A DNA stretch of 64,000 nt, taken from positions 56,110,001 through 56,174,000 of the forward strand of contig NC_043013.1 of the NCBI RefSeq assembly GCF_006345805.1, read 5' to 3'. This document shows, piece by piece, positions 26,120-39,699 of the stretch. Numbering within the stretch: the first letter of the stretch is position 1; each line of letters begins with the position of its first letter. Both the position numbers and the translations under genes were made by a program. Source of the DNA: Octopus sinensis (taxonomy: Eukaryota). The notes under the pieces are model-generated. The model was not told the DNA's origin, searched no databases, and worked only from the letters and a program-made list of their open reading frames with translations.

Positions 26120-26500
26120 TAGACATTATATGAGATTGTTCGACTTTTGCTAATGCTCTGCAATGGCTCTAAAAGAAGCTTCTTTGGAACCAGCTAATAA
26201 AATATTGGCCAGACACCTTTTGTCTACACACTTTCAAAAGTCTAACAAAAATATAAATGACTTGCTATAGAATTTAATTTTATTAGTTCATGATGGTGGC
26301 AATTTAAAAGTGGAAGTGGCTGAAGAAAAATCATCATTTATAAGACAGCGTGTAGACATTATCAGAACCAGACTACTAGAGAATAAAATGGTAATGCTAA
26401 ATAATACCATCCAACAGGCAACAACTTTGGAACGAACAGAATTTAATACAGAATGATATCAAATATCTGCAGCTTTTGTGAAGACTTCTTATGTTAATGA
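26120..26500 (+). mobile_element. Degraded Ty3/Gypsy gag remnant
   Basis: NKILARHLLSTHFQK and SSFIRQR...RLLENK...IQQATTLE match the invertebrate Gypsy gag patterns N.IFARHLLATR.Q and IRQRLLEN..L.L..A..QA..LE. Confidence 0.6.
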
Positions 26501-27708
26501 GGAAGATTTAAGTTGTAAATTTAGACAATCTGCTGCAATAAACTTGTAGAACAAGCATTTTCTGTTGCGAGAACAAGCATTTTCATTTGGCCTTGGGAGC
26601 CATCTTAGTGGATTATGTCTAAAACTGGTTTTTTTTTTTTTTTACTAAGAGTTTCCTGAGAGTTGAACTTGTTATTATTTATTGATCCAGTGGTAACTCC
26701 TTTCTGCATGTCTCTTGTACTTTTTGGGGCCACAGAACTCTAGCAATTTGCAATACAAAATAACACACACTTCAAACTATATTAACTTTTTAAAATGAAT
26801 TTTAAAATAAGTCATTATCAACCTCCTTTTCCTCCTCTTCCTCCTTCTCTTAATCCTTTTTTATGTTGCTTGCCATGTTGGTAAGGGTTGGGTAGATTGG
26901 CACAGTCCAGACCGGTTTAGATTCCCCAGACGTCTCACTTGTACATTTCAATTTTGGTATGAATTCTATGGTTAGATTCACTTCTGAATATCAATGACTC
27001 TACAGAAAGCACTAAGTGCATTTTAACCGGGTATCTACCCTAGCAAAGTTGTTGTAACCCTGACTTAAAGCTCCTCTCCTTTACCCTGGACTGTTACACT
27101 TTATTCAGGATAGATTCACACTGTCAGGAGAGAAGACAACGATGAGCACCACATATTCCACCTTGGTTTCCACTTGTTTATGAATCAGAGGCTTGGTGTC
27201 TTTGTCAACATCATCAAGTCTGACAACTCCTCATAATTATTTGTCTGGCATTTCACCATTCTCTATATTTCTCCCTAGAGACCTTTGGAGATACAAACCA
27301 AATATCAAGTAATATTAACCTCACCAGGGTGCAAGCGTAGTCTCTACCAATGCTTCTTCCCAAACAAAGATGTTTTCTTTTTAAATACAAAATTGTGTAA
27401 ATTTTCATATGACTTCCTCTGAATATAAAGAAAATAGAAGAGAAAATTAATTTATGACAAATTACATCTACAATGGTGAAGTAATTAAGTTGATGTACTT
27501 CTAGCACAGAACATATTAAATCTCTCCTCAAGTATATAATACATCTATCTGCCTGTCAGTTGGTCTGTCTGCCTCAGTCAATCTATCTATTTGTCTATAA
27601 ATATAGATAGATAATAGATAAGTTTTTCTTTTTCATTGGTAATGCTCTCCTGTGAATACATATATAAATGAAAAGGTTTTCCCAAATACAATTGTACTTC
27701 ATGTTTGA

Positions 27709-27789
27709 AGTTCTGATGAAGCTATAGAATGATACACAAGTATTCAACTATAAGTGCATTGCATCTTTTGGCAGAAACGGCTGTAAGCT
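27709..27789 (+). ncRNA. Degenerate type I hammerhead-like motif with long stem II
   Basis: AGTT-CTGATGA(27713-27719) ... GAAAC(27774-27778) GGCT GTA-AGCT. Near-palindromic stem III ACGGCTGT. A.A mismatch at the stem II base followed by two G-C pairs. Confidence 0.45.
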
Positions 27790-28041
27790 AATGAAGTATT
27801 CATTACATAATTTCTTAATAAACAAACACACACAGAAAAATGTCTGACGGATACAAAATGTCAAAACACACCTTTCATCCAGGTGTGCCTGTCTAATGTC
27901 TAAAATCGCAAATATTACATGATTTTCCATTTAGAATTTTCACATAACCTGGCATTGCAAATAGAGATGGTATGGAAACAATTGTAACATATAATTAAAG
28001 ATGTGTTAAAGAATTTTCCTTGTATTCTTCTGCTTTTCATT

Positions 28042-28092
<51 letters not shown>

Positions 28093-28194
28093 CATATATC
28101 ACATTTACATCATAAAACATCTTTTTTGCTTCAGACTGAAATGCTATGATTAAGAAGTAACAGACCTTAATAAACCTATTCTAATACCGAAACA

Positions 28195-28351
28195 AATGTA
28201 CATTCTTTACATTATTTACATTTGGCAGATATTTGTCCTCATCTTGTTTGTTGTTAACAGAACATTTCAACTGATACACCCTCCAGCCTTCATCAGGTGC
28301 CTTGGGGAAATTTCAAACCTGGGTTCTCTATCCTAAGGTATTTTTCTATGA

Positions 28352-28416
<65 letters not shown>

Positions 28417-28490
28417 TCACTGCCTGGAATTGAACTTGGAATCTTGGGTTTAGTAGCCCGCACTCTTAACCACTATGCCATATTCCCTTG
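28195..28490 (-). mobile_element. tRNA-headed SINE carrying (AAT)n and a degenerate hammerhead
   Basis: Box A TGGCATAGTGG (28480-28470), box B GTTCAATTCC (28435-28426), (AAT)n 28345-28412, then GCAC-CTGATGA-AGGCTG...CAGTT-GAAAT-GTT (28300-28261). An inverted copy of the tail (AAACAAGATGAGGACAAATATCTG.CAAATGTAAATAATGTAAA) lies just upstream of the head at about 28493-28538. Confidence 0.7.
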
Positions 28491-28542
28491 GGCAAACAAG
28501 ATGAGGACAAATATCTGTCAAATGTAAATAATGTAAATAATG

Positions 28543-28770
28543 CAGGAGTGCTTGTGTGGTAAGTAGCTTGCTTAAATCTGATCAGAAACAGGTATTTCGT
28601 CTGCCATTATGTTCTGAGTTCAAACTCCACCGAGGTCGACTTTGCCCTTCATCCTTTCGGGTTCGATAAATAAATACCAGTTGTGCACTGGGGTCGATGT
28701 AATCGACTGAAACCCTTTGTCTGTCCTTGTTTGTCCCCTTTATGTTTAGCCCCTTGTGGGCAATAAAGAA
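28543..28770 (+). mobile_element. tRNA-derived SINE
   Basis: GCAGGAGTGCTTGTGTGGTAAGTAGC...GAGTTCAAACTCCACCGAGGTCGACTTTGCC...CTGGGGTCGATGTAATCGAC. A reverse copy of the same family lies at about 30610-30860. Confidence 0.65.
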
Positions 28771-29518
28771 ATAAATGTTTGCTTTGGCATGATTTCTACA
28801 CATGGATATCCTCTCTAACAGCAAAGAACACAGACCTTTTTCTTCCTGGTGTTGGCACCAGTGAATTCACCAAAAAATTTAATTTAGACAATTTTTTAAC
28901 AAAGACAAGAAGGGAGAAGTGAATTGTGGTATAGTGATTTTTGTCTTAAATATAGATTCACTTGCCTTCAAATAAAAAGTATGTCTGTCCCTTTTGCTTT
29001 ACTTTAAATAATATTCCCACCACGGGTGACTATTGTTACAATCTTGGCAATCCACAAAAACAATTGAAATTTAGTACCTGTCACCTGGGACTTGTCAGAG
29101 CTCTGAAAAGCCATCAAAGTATCTACAATACTTAGGTAAATATCAATATATATCTTGCAAACAAACTTTATTGAAGAGTCTTGTAGTTGTCTGCCAGCAA
29201 CTCTTCTGTCTTATAAGGGTAAAACTACCAAGTTTTTCTGCTGTTTTCATGGCTGTGTTCAAAATATTACTTTCTTGTCTGTAAAATAAATATGAATATT
29301 TCAGAATAATGCCAAAGTTATCTCCTGATCAGAAACAGAAATAGTTTTTAATTAATATTTTTTCGATAGTTTTAATTTCTGATTCTTTTTATTTTATAAT
29401 TCCATGAATTCCTTTCCTGCTGATTTGGTCCATCTAACCTTTAATGAGAATTATTTAAAATCTACAAGACTCTTCAATAAACGACAGAAATGCTGAGTAA
29501 CCTTTATGGAATTCAGTA

Positions 29519-29578
29519 AATTCTAGTGAAAAGTTAAATTCTAGTGAAAAGTTAAATTCTAGTGAAAAGTTAAATTAT
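29519..29578. repeat. 18-bp tandem repeat x3
   Basis: AAATTCTAGTGAAAAGTT repeated three times. Confidence 0.9.
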
Positions 29579-29599
29579 TCTCTATAATTATATATGTTT

Positions 29600-30380
29600 G
29601 TGTGGTACCACACAAAAGCACCTGTGCCAATTCCATGTAAAAGTACATGTGCCAGTGCCACGTTAAAGAGCACCTGGTACACTCTGCAAAATGGGAGGCA
29701 TTAGGAAGAGCATCCAGCTATAGAAACCATGCTAAACAGACAAAAGGAGCCCAGGCAGCTCTCCAGCCTTGCCAGATCCTGTCAAATCATTCAACTAATG
29801 CCAGCAAGGAAAATGGACGTAAAATGATGATGATGATATAATTTTCCTATCATCTAATATATGTGCCTCTGTGTGTGGGGTGGGGTGGGGGTGTTAAATC
29901 ACAAGGACTCAATGAAATGACTCAACAATAAAAATGATTCTTATGTAAATTGTATGAAATTCAGAAATGGGAAAATATAATTTTATTAATCATCATTATC
30001 ATCATCGTCATCATCATTTAACGTCCGTTTTCCATGCTAGCATGGGTTGGGCGGTTTGACTGAAGACTGGCAAGCCAGAAGGCTGTACCAGGCTCCAATC
30101 TGATCTGGCAAAGTTTCTACAGCTGGATGCCCATCCTAACGCCAACCACTCTGAGAGTGTAGTGAGTACTTTTTACGTGCCACCAGCATGGGTGCCAGTC
30201 AGGCGGCACTGGCATCGATCATGCTTGAATGGTGCTTTTTACGTGTCACTGGCACAGGAGGCAGTCAGGTGGGACTGACAACCATGCTCGAATGGTGTTT
30301 TTTATGTGCCACCAACATGGGAGCCAGTTAGGTGGAACTGGCAATGACCATGCTCGAATGGTGCATGATATGTGCCAGTC
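29600..30380. mobile_element. Two tail-to-tail RTE 3' UTR fragments (+ 29600-29838, - 29995-30380)
   Basis: Both carry TTAGGAxGxGCATCCAGCT and the ...GGAAAAxGGACGTxAAATGATGATG tail. Confidence 0.75.
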
Positions 30381-33300
30381 AAGTGACACTGGGATCATAA
30401 GCTCATGGGTTCAATTCCTTGGATTCAGTGACGCATTGTACTCTTAAGGAAAACACTTCATGTCAGTCCAGTCTACTCAGCTGTAAACATGCACGATCTG
30501 GATGCTGGTGCAGCTTTCTCTCTCTTCAGCTGTTGCATCCTGAAAATGCCGGTGATGAATGGCAAATGGGTGTCTATGCCAGCATGTGGTTATAAAAGCA
30601 CCTACAATGATTAACTAAAGTATGATACATATTTATTTCTTTATTGCCCACAAGGGACTAAACATAGAGGAGACGAACAAAGATAGACAAAGGGATTATG
30701 TTGATTACGTCAAATCCCAGTGCATAACTGGTACTTATTTAATCAACCCCAAAAGGATGAAAGGCAGAGTTGGCCTCGGCAGAATTTGAACTCAGAATGC
30801 AATGGCAGACGAATTACTGTTAGGCATTTCACCTGGCATACTAATTCTGCCAGCTTGCCACACTAAAGTATGATACATAAAACCAAGTCACACACACAAG
30901 TGATGGTTGGCTGCAGTGAATTGACAACCCCTGCATGGATAACATCAAGGTGGATCATTATTCTGACAATAGCAACTCGCAGTGCCATTTCATAGGAATT
31001 CTTTAAATACTAAGAATAAAATATATCTGGACGATTTCATGGTTACAGCTATATTTATTGTGCTCCACAGGGAAGAAGTATTCCTGCAGATGTCATAAAA
31101 CTGCAAGAATACATTTAGTTTTTGTCAATCCTTAAGAAACAGAGATATTTCTAGGGAACCACAACTCTTGGGAAGAATTTTTCTTGGCAAAAGAAGATAT
31201 CTCTGAATGACACAAATTAAAAATTAAAATGGTTAATAATTCTAATTCATTTTCCAATAAAAGGAAAATAAATTCAAATTTCACTTTGCTCAGATAACAT
31301 TTGAACCTAAGCAACTGAATATAGACATGAGATTCTAAATTTTTAGCAAAATTTAGATAAATTCCAGTATAACAGTTGAAGGCCAGTTTCTGTATAGAAA
31401 GTTGTGTCTGCAACACAGTTTGAGACATAATGTGTTATGATTCTACGTGAAAGTCATTGCAGAAATCAGTTTACATAAAATTTTAAAGAAAATATTTATA
31501 TTTTATTAGTTCAAAAGTTCTTTCTATTTGCGAAAACATGACTATTTGGAATTAAGAAAATTTTTGCTGCATATTTCTTGTTAGTGTCTGATTAAATTTT
31601 TCCTTGCACTCACCTATTCTGAATAATTTTCTTCTAATTTTAACACCTTTCCAGTTTCTCACTATTTCTAGTTCCAATTTCATCAATCATTCACCTGATA
31701 TTATTTTCCAAGAATTTCTAAAATTATAATTCTCTGTAAATTCAAACAATTCAGACATTCCATTTAATTATTTTCATTTTCTTTCTTTTACTAACAGCAT
31801 TGTTCTTCTTACAGATTTTCTCATTTTTCTAATCATTCAATTGGCTTTCTTCAGTTTTGTCTCTGTATTATAACATATCACAAATTCTCAGCTAAAACAT
31901 AAATTTGAAATTCGTTTTTGTTTCAAATCTTTACATTTACAAATGGCTTTAGTACCAAATTTAAAAGCTACTCAAAGTCAGAAACTCATCTACTTTGGGT
32001 CTTGAAAATCACACCATTATAACAGCAGCCAATAGATTGGTCAGTTGATTTGCCTGGTGAGAAATTCAATGAGGTATATTAAGTTTTCATGCTCTCAGCA
32101 AGTATAACATTTACAAAAGAACCTATTATATTGTTTCCCCTGGTATTTACCAACTCTACTATATACATTGGTGGTAGTTTATGACCCAGAGTAGCAACTA
32201 ATAAAATTACACTCTTATCAGTAGTTACAAGACAAAACTGATTGTAACATCCACGTACAATAGAGGAATTTCAATAAAAACTTTGAAATGATATAAGGCC
32301 ACTAAAAACGTCACAAATTCTCAGCCATTCAACTTCCTATGGAGAAGATGTATGGACAAAGCACAATGTGCATATTTCATGTTTTCCAATTATTAAATAG
32401 TTGATATATTGTAAAAACACCCCAGAGATATGCAGCTTGTTATAATTAAATGATAGAGAATGTGGAGAGAGTTAAACATAAAAGTTCCAGAAGTTAGGGG
32501 AAAAATGGTGAAATTCTAAACTCTAAATTCATTTCTTCTAGAATTTACTAAAATTTTTCCCAGACAGTAAAGAAACAGTAAAATATTGCAATATTGAATA
32601 GTCTTGAAGGAATGGTAAATGTTCAGATTATTTGGGTTGCAGCAATTAGTTCAGAAGTTTACTGGTGTAAAATGAAATACAAATTTCATTAATCCAAATT
32701 TTTAATGATTTTATGAATGGGTTACTGTTTTATAGATTTTTTTCTTTTATTTAAAATGTAACAGTGATAATCAATTCTTTTAGGCTTCTTTTGAAAACTG
32801 TCTTTTCCTGTTTGCCAGGATTAATGATTTTAATTGCAAAGAATGCAACTAGATATTTTTCATACAAATTTCCAAAGAAGCAACCTTTTTATCAGTTTAA
32901 TAGCCAACACATTTAAGAAGATAAAACATTAATAGAAAAAAGGAATTGCAAGTTGAAATCACAGATTCAAAGTGATGTCTGCTTATCTCTCTTAGCTTGA
33001 CTATGATGACATTATCTCTCTCAGCAAGTAACAAAGCATGTGTGTGTGTGTGCGTGCATGCATGTGCATGTGTGTGTGGGTGTAGATATGCACATTAACG
33101 TTTATCTTAACTCCACATATGAAAGGCGGGCATTACGTTTATGTTGTAAATGCTGTACAGAACGAAAGATAAGGTTTTGTCTGAAAGAAAGTTGCTGTGT
33201 AAGATGTTGCTACATACAGAAGAAATGGGTCATAGAAATAAATATTACCAAGACAGAAATATTTGCAGCAAAAATTTCATGGCAAAAGTTGATTCCCACT

Positions 33301-34399
33301 CATTTAGTCAATATCTACCCACAAGAATTTGGCTGAAACAAAACTAGCATAATTTTCTGTGTGAAGAACAACAAAAACCAAGGAAGATCAGTGGAGGAGG
33401 CTGATTTTAGGATGGTGAATCTCATGAAAGAAATGATGAAGGATGAACTATTTCCACTGGGATACTGTAGGGCAAAAGACTCCTCCGATCCATGCAAACA
33501 TGGATAAACAGATGCCAAACGTTGATGAAAATAATGAGGTTCATACTCATTAACAGTCAATTAACATTCTTCTGAGATACTTTCTAATTTTACATTAGTC
33601 TTTAGTTTGTATCTTATAACATACCTCAAATTCTCATCTAAAAATCACGACGACCACCGCCACCACCACCATCACCACCACCACCAACAACAACAACAAC
33701 ATCATCATTAGTATTTAACATCTATTTTCCATGCTGACATGGGTTAGGCAATTTGAGAAATGATGAGTTGAGACTGCTCTCTTCTCTATTTTGGCAGGGT
33801 TTCTTACAGTTGGATGCCCTTCCTAGGTCTAATCACTTTAGAGTGTGTACAGGATGCCTTTTTTGGGGGGCGAGGACAGCAGTTGTGAAAATTGTCTTGT
33901 AAACTGTGAGACAAAGGGCCTAAAGTGGCTCCTACAACTGAAGTGGGAATAGAAGAGAAAAGAGATGCAATCATTCTTGGTGAGAGATGAAAAGAAGTAA
34001 ATTAAGCTGAAAGAAACAGATTTATAGACATGACAATGGTGAGAGAAAGAGTATAATAGAATAGACAGGAATTAGATGAGGGAATAAGGTGGGGAACAAG
34101 GGAATGGAAAAGGATAGTGTCATGGGTTATTGAGAAACAAAGGGGACAGAGGGGAAAGGTAATAGAAAGGGTTGTGTACAAGATGTCTAGGGCTATCCTA
34201 CATTATAAGGGAACACATGGATGGAAGGTGTCCAACATAATGCAATCCTTCACTGCACATTTTTCTGTCAGTATATTTGTACTTCTTCATTTCACAAACA
34301 CTAACATTACACACGCAGTAAAACCTGTTTGCTTTATTTGTTTTCAACCTTCACAAATCTAAATTTAAGTCCTTCCACATCTCACTAACCTGCAGCATC

Positions 34400-35330
34400 A
34401 CACATTGTACACAAGCACTATACAATCAACTCTTCACTTCCAAGAGAGAAACCATTTGTTGTTTTTACTTCTTTCTTACTCTTGATCAAATGCTTTTTAA
34501 CTCACCCCCAACCCCAATGACTGTTAACTAGATCACCTATGTAATGAAAGCTATCAAGTGCTTTTATGGAACCTTCCAACTGCAAAGCATCTGCTACCTC
34601 ACCGAGAGCCTTCCAATGATCCCATCATAACTCTTGTGCTTTCATACCTTTTAAAGATATTCAGTACAGAATTTCTGCTCATTATTTTTGTTTGTTTTTC
34701 CTAAGTATCAAGCAAAGCTAATTTCTTAGGAAAGAGCTTTGTTACTTCTTTCCTGATGACTAAAACACCTGTTTGCTTAGTTTACTGTGAGGCCCCTGAG
34801 CTCCAGATTTTGCTTCAAAGCAAGGAATTTGTTCATAAAATCTTTCACCAATACAGCTATGAGAACTAGATTATCGGCATAAAATGGTTCACACTAACAG
34901 CCTGTCTCAAACTCCTCTGTTATGGCCCAGAGGACTATAGAAAACAGAAAGGAGTTGAGAACAGGGCTCTGATATATTCTAACAAGCTTACTAAATTCTT
35001 TGCTGAATGCTTTGTTAACTTTCACCTTCTTGGTGACACTTCTACGGATGCTTTAATAGACCAATAACTATGCTTCATTAACTTAACGACCTTCAGACAA
35101 CAGAGCCTGGAACTCTGTCAAAGGCCATCTCCAAGTTTGATGGAGAGGCTTATTTTTAAGCTAAGAACTTCTCCTGGAGTTGTCTCACTATAAAGATGAC
35201 CTCACTGTTATCTCATTAAATAATTAACCCATGCATCAGGTCTGGAATAATCTCTTTTAATCATTTCTTCTATGACTTTCCTAGTTTTGTCCATCAACTT
35301 GGTGCTCCTCTCAGAGTTCTCAGAATGTGT
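34400..35330 (-). mobile_element. Degraded RTE LINE RT fragment
   Basis: VIFIVRQLQEKFLA, LEMAFDRVP, IVLWAITEEFETGC..PFYADNLVLIA, LELRGLTVN are ordered RTE RT motifs. Confidence 0.8.
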
Positions 35331-36364
35331 ATGCTGAATTCCATTCTACAGGAAGAGTAGTGTGTGTGTGTGTGTGTGTGTGTTTGAATTCATTAATATC
35401 CTTCAGTGTTTTGAAATTCACAGTCACCATGTAGCAATGTCTTGCTAATTTAAATATTAATTGGTTGCACTAATTATTCCCAAATATGAATAATGAAATT
35501 TTAGAAACTCCCTACCTCCCACCTCTGAAATATAAATCTTAAAATCTGCTTTACGATTTGTAAGCTGATGCATTTTAGAAAAATCTTAACAATATTTATT
35601 TTAACACTCTAAATTAATATTTTATATAAGATTGCTACAATATATGAATGTAGCAATCAATACAAAACTGATAAATTCGTTCAGAAACTAAATCTTACCA
35701 ATATTTCTGAATTTATTTTCATTGTAATCCAACTATGCTTAATAGCCGATTCATTTCAAATGATTGCAATATTACTAAAAATTCTCGAAGCCAAAGATAT
35801 TGGAATTATGAAGCAAAATTTGACATTTTTACAATATATTTCCCTTTTATTTATTTTTGTTATTTCCTCTTATTGCTGTTTTTGTTTTGTCTTATTTTTC
35901 ATATGGGTTCTTTCTTCGTTTATTTTGGCTCAAATGTTGAAACCATCTGTTGAGAGAGTCTCAGAAAACAGAGTCTTGGCATTTAATAACATTCAGTATA
36001 TATTAATCTTTATAATAGAATTATTTTTGTTTCAATAACAACTAATGCCAGCTTCTCTGGATAGGCACTACATCATATGGAACTGATACAGCCATAGATT
36101 AGATCAATGAATATCAAAGTTGCTTCTTCCTTCCTTCCTCTCTTTCTTTCTCTCTTTTCTTTTTTCATGCAAACGCTAAAAATCAGCCATTCTTGCCTTT
36201 TGTTTCACCTTCAAAACTTACGTATTCAAATATCAAATAATAATTTTCCTGATTGAGTGAAAATAAATAAATAAATAAATAGAAATAAAAAGACATACAA
36301 TAATAATAATAAATATAAGACTGTAAAAATATAAAAATCTACTTTGGCTTTTGATGCTGTCTGA

Positions 36365-36505
36365 ATATTGTTATTAATAATAACAACACCACCACCACCA
36401 CCACCACCACCACCACCAGCATCACCACCAGCATCACCACCAGCAGCAGCAGTACCACCACCACCACTGCTGCTGCCGCCACCGCCGCCGCCGCCGCCAC
36501 CACCC

Positions 36506-36538
<33 letters not shown>

Positions 36539-36575
36539 ATAATAATAATAATAATAATAACAACAATAATAATGA
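36365..36575. repeat. Compound triplet microsatellite (CCA/GCA/CCG/CTA/ATA)
   Basis: Stepwise triplet changes; no convincing exon boundaries. Confidence 0.9.
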
Positions 36576-37799
36576 TAGTCATGGTTGCAGCCACAGTAGC
36601 TGGAATGGAAATGGCAACAGCTGCAAACAGTTTTTGTTTTTACTTTGTGTTTGGAATCAAAGACGTTTTCTTTCTCTATTGTTTCTACAAAACAATGATT
36701 GAAAGAACGGTTAGGCTTTATGTAACGGTGATTATTATGATGGGTTTAATATACATAATAGAGATTTTATCTAGACTGGAGATGAAGACTGTCAAGAATC
36801 TTCTTCCAGAAAATGGTATCTTATGTCCTTCACTCGAAAGAAACGTTTATGTACATTTTCCAGCTGGAAATAATTTTATTCAGAAAGAATAACTGTTCGA
36901 AATTTCAGGCATTTGTTTATTTGAAATATTGAGAACATATGCACTGATAATTTCAGTGCTTATTCCAAAGGAAAACTTATTCTGTTTAAGACGATATGCT
37001 TTACTGTCCTTAGAATTCATAAAGAGACACCAAATGGAATGTCTGTCTGGTCCTTTGGTCTACTAGAAATAGAAGCCAAATATCCCTTGAATTACAAATG
37101 AACCATTTCAAAAATAAAGAGTACATTGGATAAGGAAGTTCTTAGCTCTAGATCCAATATTTTGCAACCAGAGACAATAGAGTCTTGGGCAAAAATGCCA
37201 TTGTTCAAAGTCTGCTTCATTATGGCTCATCTGCACAACTACTAATCGAAAACAATTTTCTATAAAAAGAAATATTTCAGAAAATTCAAACTTTAATTTC
37301 ATGTTAAGTTTTGAATTTCAATGAATGTTTCACAAAAACAACTGGAATTTTAAAAAAAGATTCTAAACAGAATTTACATCAGTATAGAATTTGAACAAAA
37401 GATCTGTTGTAGTCCACTTTACCCAAATAAACCAAAATAAAACTTGACAAATCTTTTTTATTATAATAGGAACCAATGTTATTTTCAAGAAATTGTTTGT
37501 ATGAATGATAAAAAAACCCTCCAAATGTTTGCATTTAGTTTGGTGAGTAATAAGAGATAAAAGATTTTATAATTCTTGAATTGATTCTTGGAAATAAATT
37601 ATTTGAACAAGATTTACTCTTTAATATTGAAACAGAAATTTGAGTACACATAGGAATGCATATCCTCTGTGTTAGATGTCTTGTATGCTACCATGTTTAA
37701 TATCATTACTTATTTCTTGAGGGCTTTTATTAGAATTCTCTCTGGTGCCAATATTTAGACTAAAACTCTTTTTCTTTCTTTCTTTCTTTTTTTTCTTGT

Positions 37800-37965
37800 A
37801 GATACTGACTCACAGATGTTCAGGTTGAACATCAATGTCATCTGTTTCACAATTTGGAGAATTCAGGCCTGGCATCAGTCTGTATTTTAATCTCATCAGT
37901 CACAACAATCAGAAAGGATCTGCAGATATCATTTTGCAGTCTGTCTGCCTTTTTTTCTGATCAAC
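37800..37965 (-). mobile_element. Possible hAT transposase remnant (DETTD region)
   Basis: LQNDICRSFLIVVTDEIKIQTDARPEFSK followed (after a frameshift) by ETDDIDVQPEHL*VSIY, similar to hAT QNEI...F.I..DETTDIS...QL.V..RY. Confidence 0.35.
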
Positions 37966-39699
37966 TTCTACAAAAAATTTAAACAATAAGTACAAAGCAT
38001 GAAATATAAAATGCAGAGTTTTTGAAAAGGTTTAACTTAATTTTCATTCATTTAAAGTTAAAACTATTGAACATCTTTTGACAGACGTAGTGAAGAAGAA
38101 TAAATGAACAAAATGTAAGATTTTAGTTGAGAATAAAAGCAAAAACAATGATACATAAAAAAAATATATGATTGAAACTAATTGAACAAGACTTTAAGGA
38201 TTTGGCCAAAGAATTAGGAGGATATTATCTAGAAAACTGATTTCCCTGTTTTAGAAGATTGTGCAAACTGATATTAAGCTAAAAAGATGATATAAACAAT
38301 AATATATTACTCTCAATATTTTCTTCAAAAAATTTAAAAAATAGTAAATTGACCAATTTTCGAAAATCATCCCAATTTAGTTGTAGTAAAGTAATATAAT
38401 GTTTTAAATTAAACGAAGCACTGGAGTAAAAAGTAAAATCTGAAAGTAATCACAAGTGTTTGGATTTGAATTTATAGGAAAATCTAAATTGAAACAAAAT
38501 AGTTATTTCCAATCCTTCTCTGAAATGTCTAATTCTTTCCACAAATTAAATTAGAAACTGATTTGAAAATGAGAAATGTGTTAAGACAGTGAGCAGCAGA
38601 TAGGCAAGTGTTATTGGATGAAATATAGAAAGATGGATTGCCATCAATGACAAGATGAAAAAGATTTATTTTCTCACATAACTCATCGTGTATTGATATT
38701 AAAATAGATATCTTTCTTTTAAATATTTTCTCTAAAACAATCCAAATAATAACTTAGTGACGTTGCTGCCTTATCATCTGGTCATATCCAAAGCTAATAG
38801 ACCTGTATTAAAATTACAAAACTGCAACATCAAAAATAAAAATTTTGAAAGAAAATTCAGATTTATTTCAATCAAAACTGAATCATTATTTATTACAATT
38901 TAAATAAAACAACAAAAAGCTAAAATCCTTTATGTAAAACAAAAGTAAAGATTTCCACATATTTGCTCAGATATATCGATAACACATTAAACAGGAAAGA
39001 TTGGATTTAGCATCTTTGACAAAACCATTATTTGCTCTCCAAAACAGAATCTAATCTAAAACATGCAAGACAAACCTTATTCAAATTAATAATGAAATTA
39101 TCTATAAAATATCAAAACATGTCTGAATTATCATTTATAAATTATGTGCAGATATGGAAACTGGAATCATAGTTTAGTTGCATTTCTGAGCAGGAGTTCT
39201 TTAACAAAGTTGCTTTGCAATTAGTTTACATGTACAAAAATCATTAAAATATAAAAATAAACAATAAAATACACAAAGAGAAAATCAAATAAATTTGTAG
39301 ACATCAATACTTGAATTTTATTGAATTATGATGCTTGTAATTTTAGACAGCACAGTGTATAAGTTGCAAAGTAGGAGAGATTGATTGAACAAGTATTGAT
39401 TATTAGATTGATAAAAATGTATAAATGATAAAATTTGTTATTGGCAATATAATAAAATTCAGAGCTACATTTACTGCTTTCTTTCTTATCTCTAACTAAA
39501 TCAACATATGTATTACATACACGAAAGTGAAATATATTTCACAAGGACCTCAGTAAGACATTAATCAAATTGACATTGATTATATACAATTATATTAATT
39601 AAGGCTCAAGCCTTGCTTCTTCTATGGTACCCATGAAAATCATATTGCATCTTATCAAAAATATTAAATGTTATTATAGGTACCTCAACTTTCTTTCAA

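Noticed and set aside
31020-31110. FYDICRNTSSLWSTINI (minus), F-box-like
   Set aside because: Too short, flanked by stops, no donor site and no upstream F-box segment; likely chance.
36226-36892. Pro/Gly/Thr-rich ORFs resembling a low-complexity protein
   Set aside because: Compound triplet microsatellite; no start or splice context and no conserved domain.
37814-37875. Apparent minus-strand exon MPGLNSPNCETDDIDVQPEH with GTGAGT donor
   Set aside because: The flanking frames are better explained as a frameshifted hAT transposase DETTD region, and upstream acceptors give stops in all frames.
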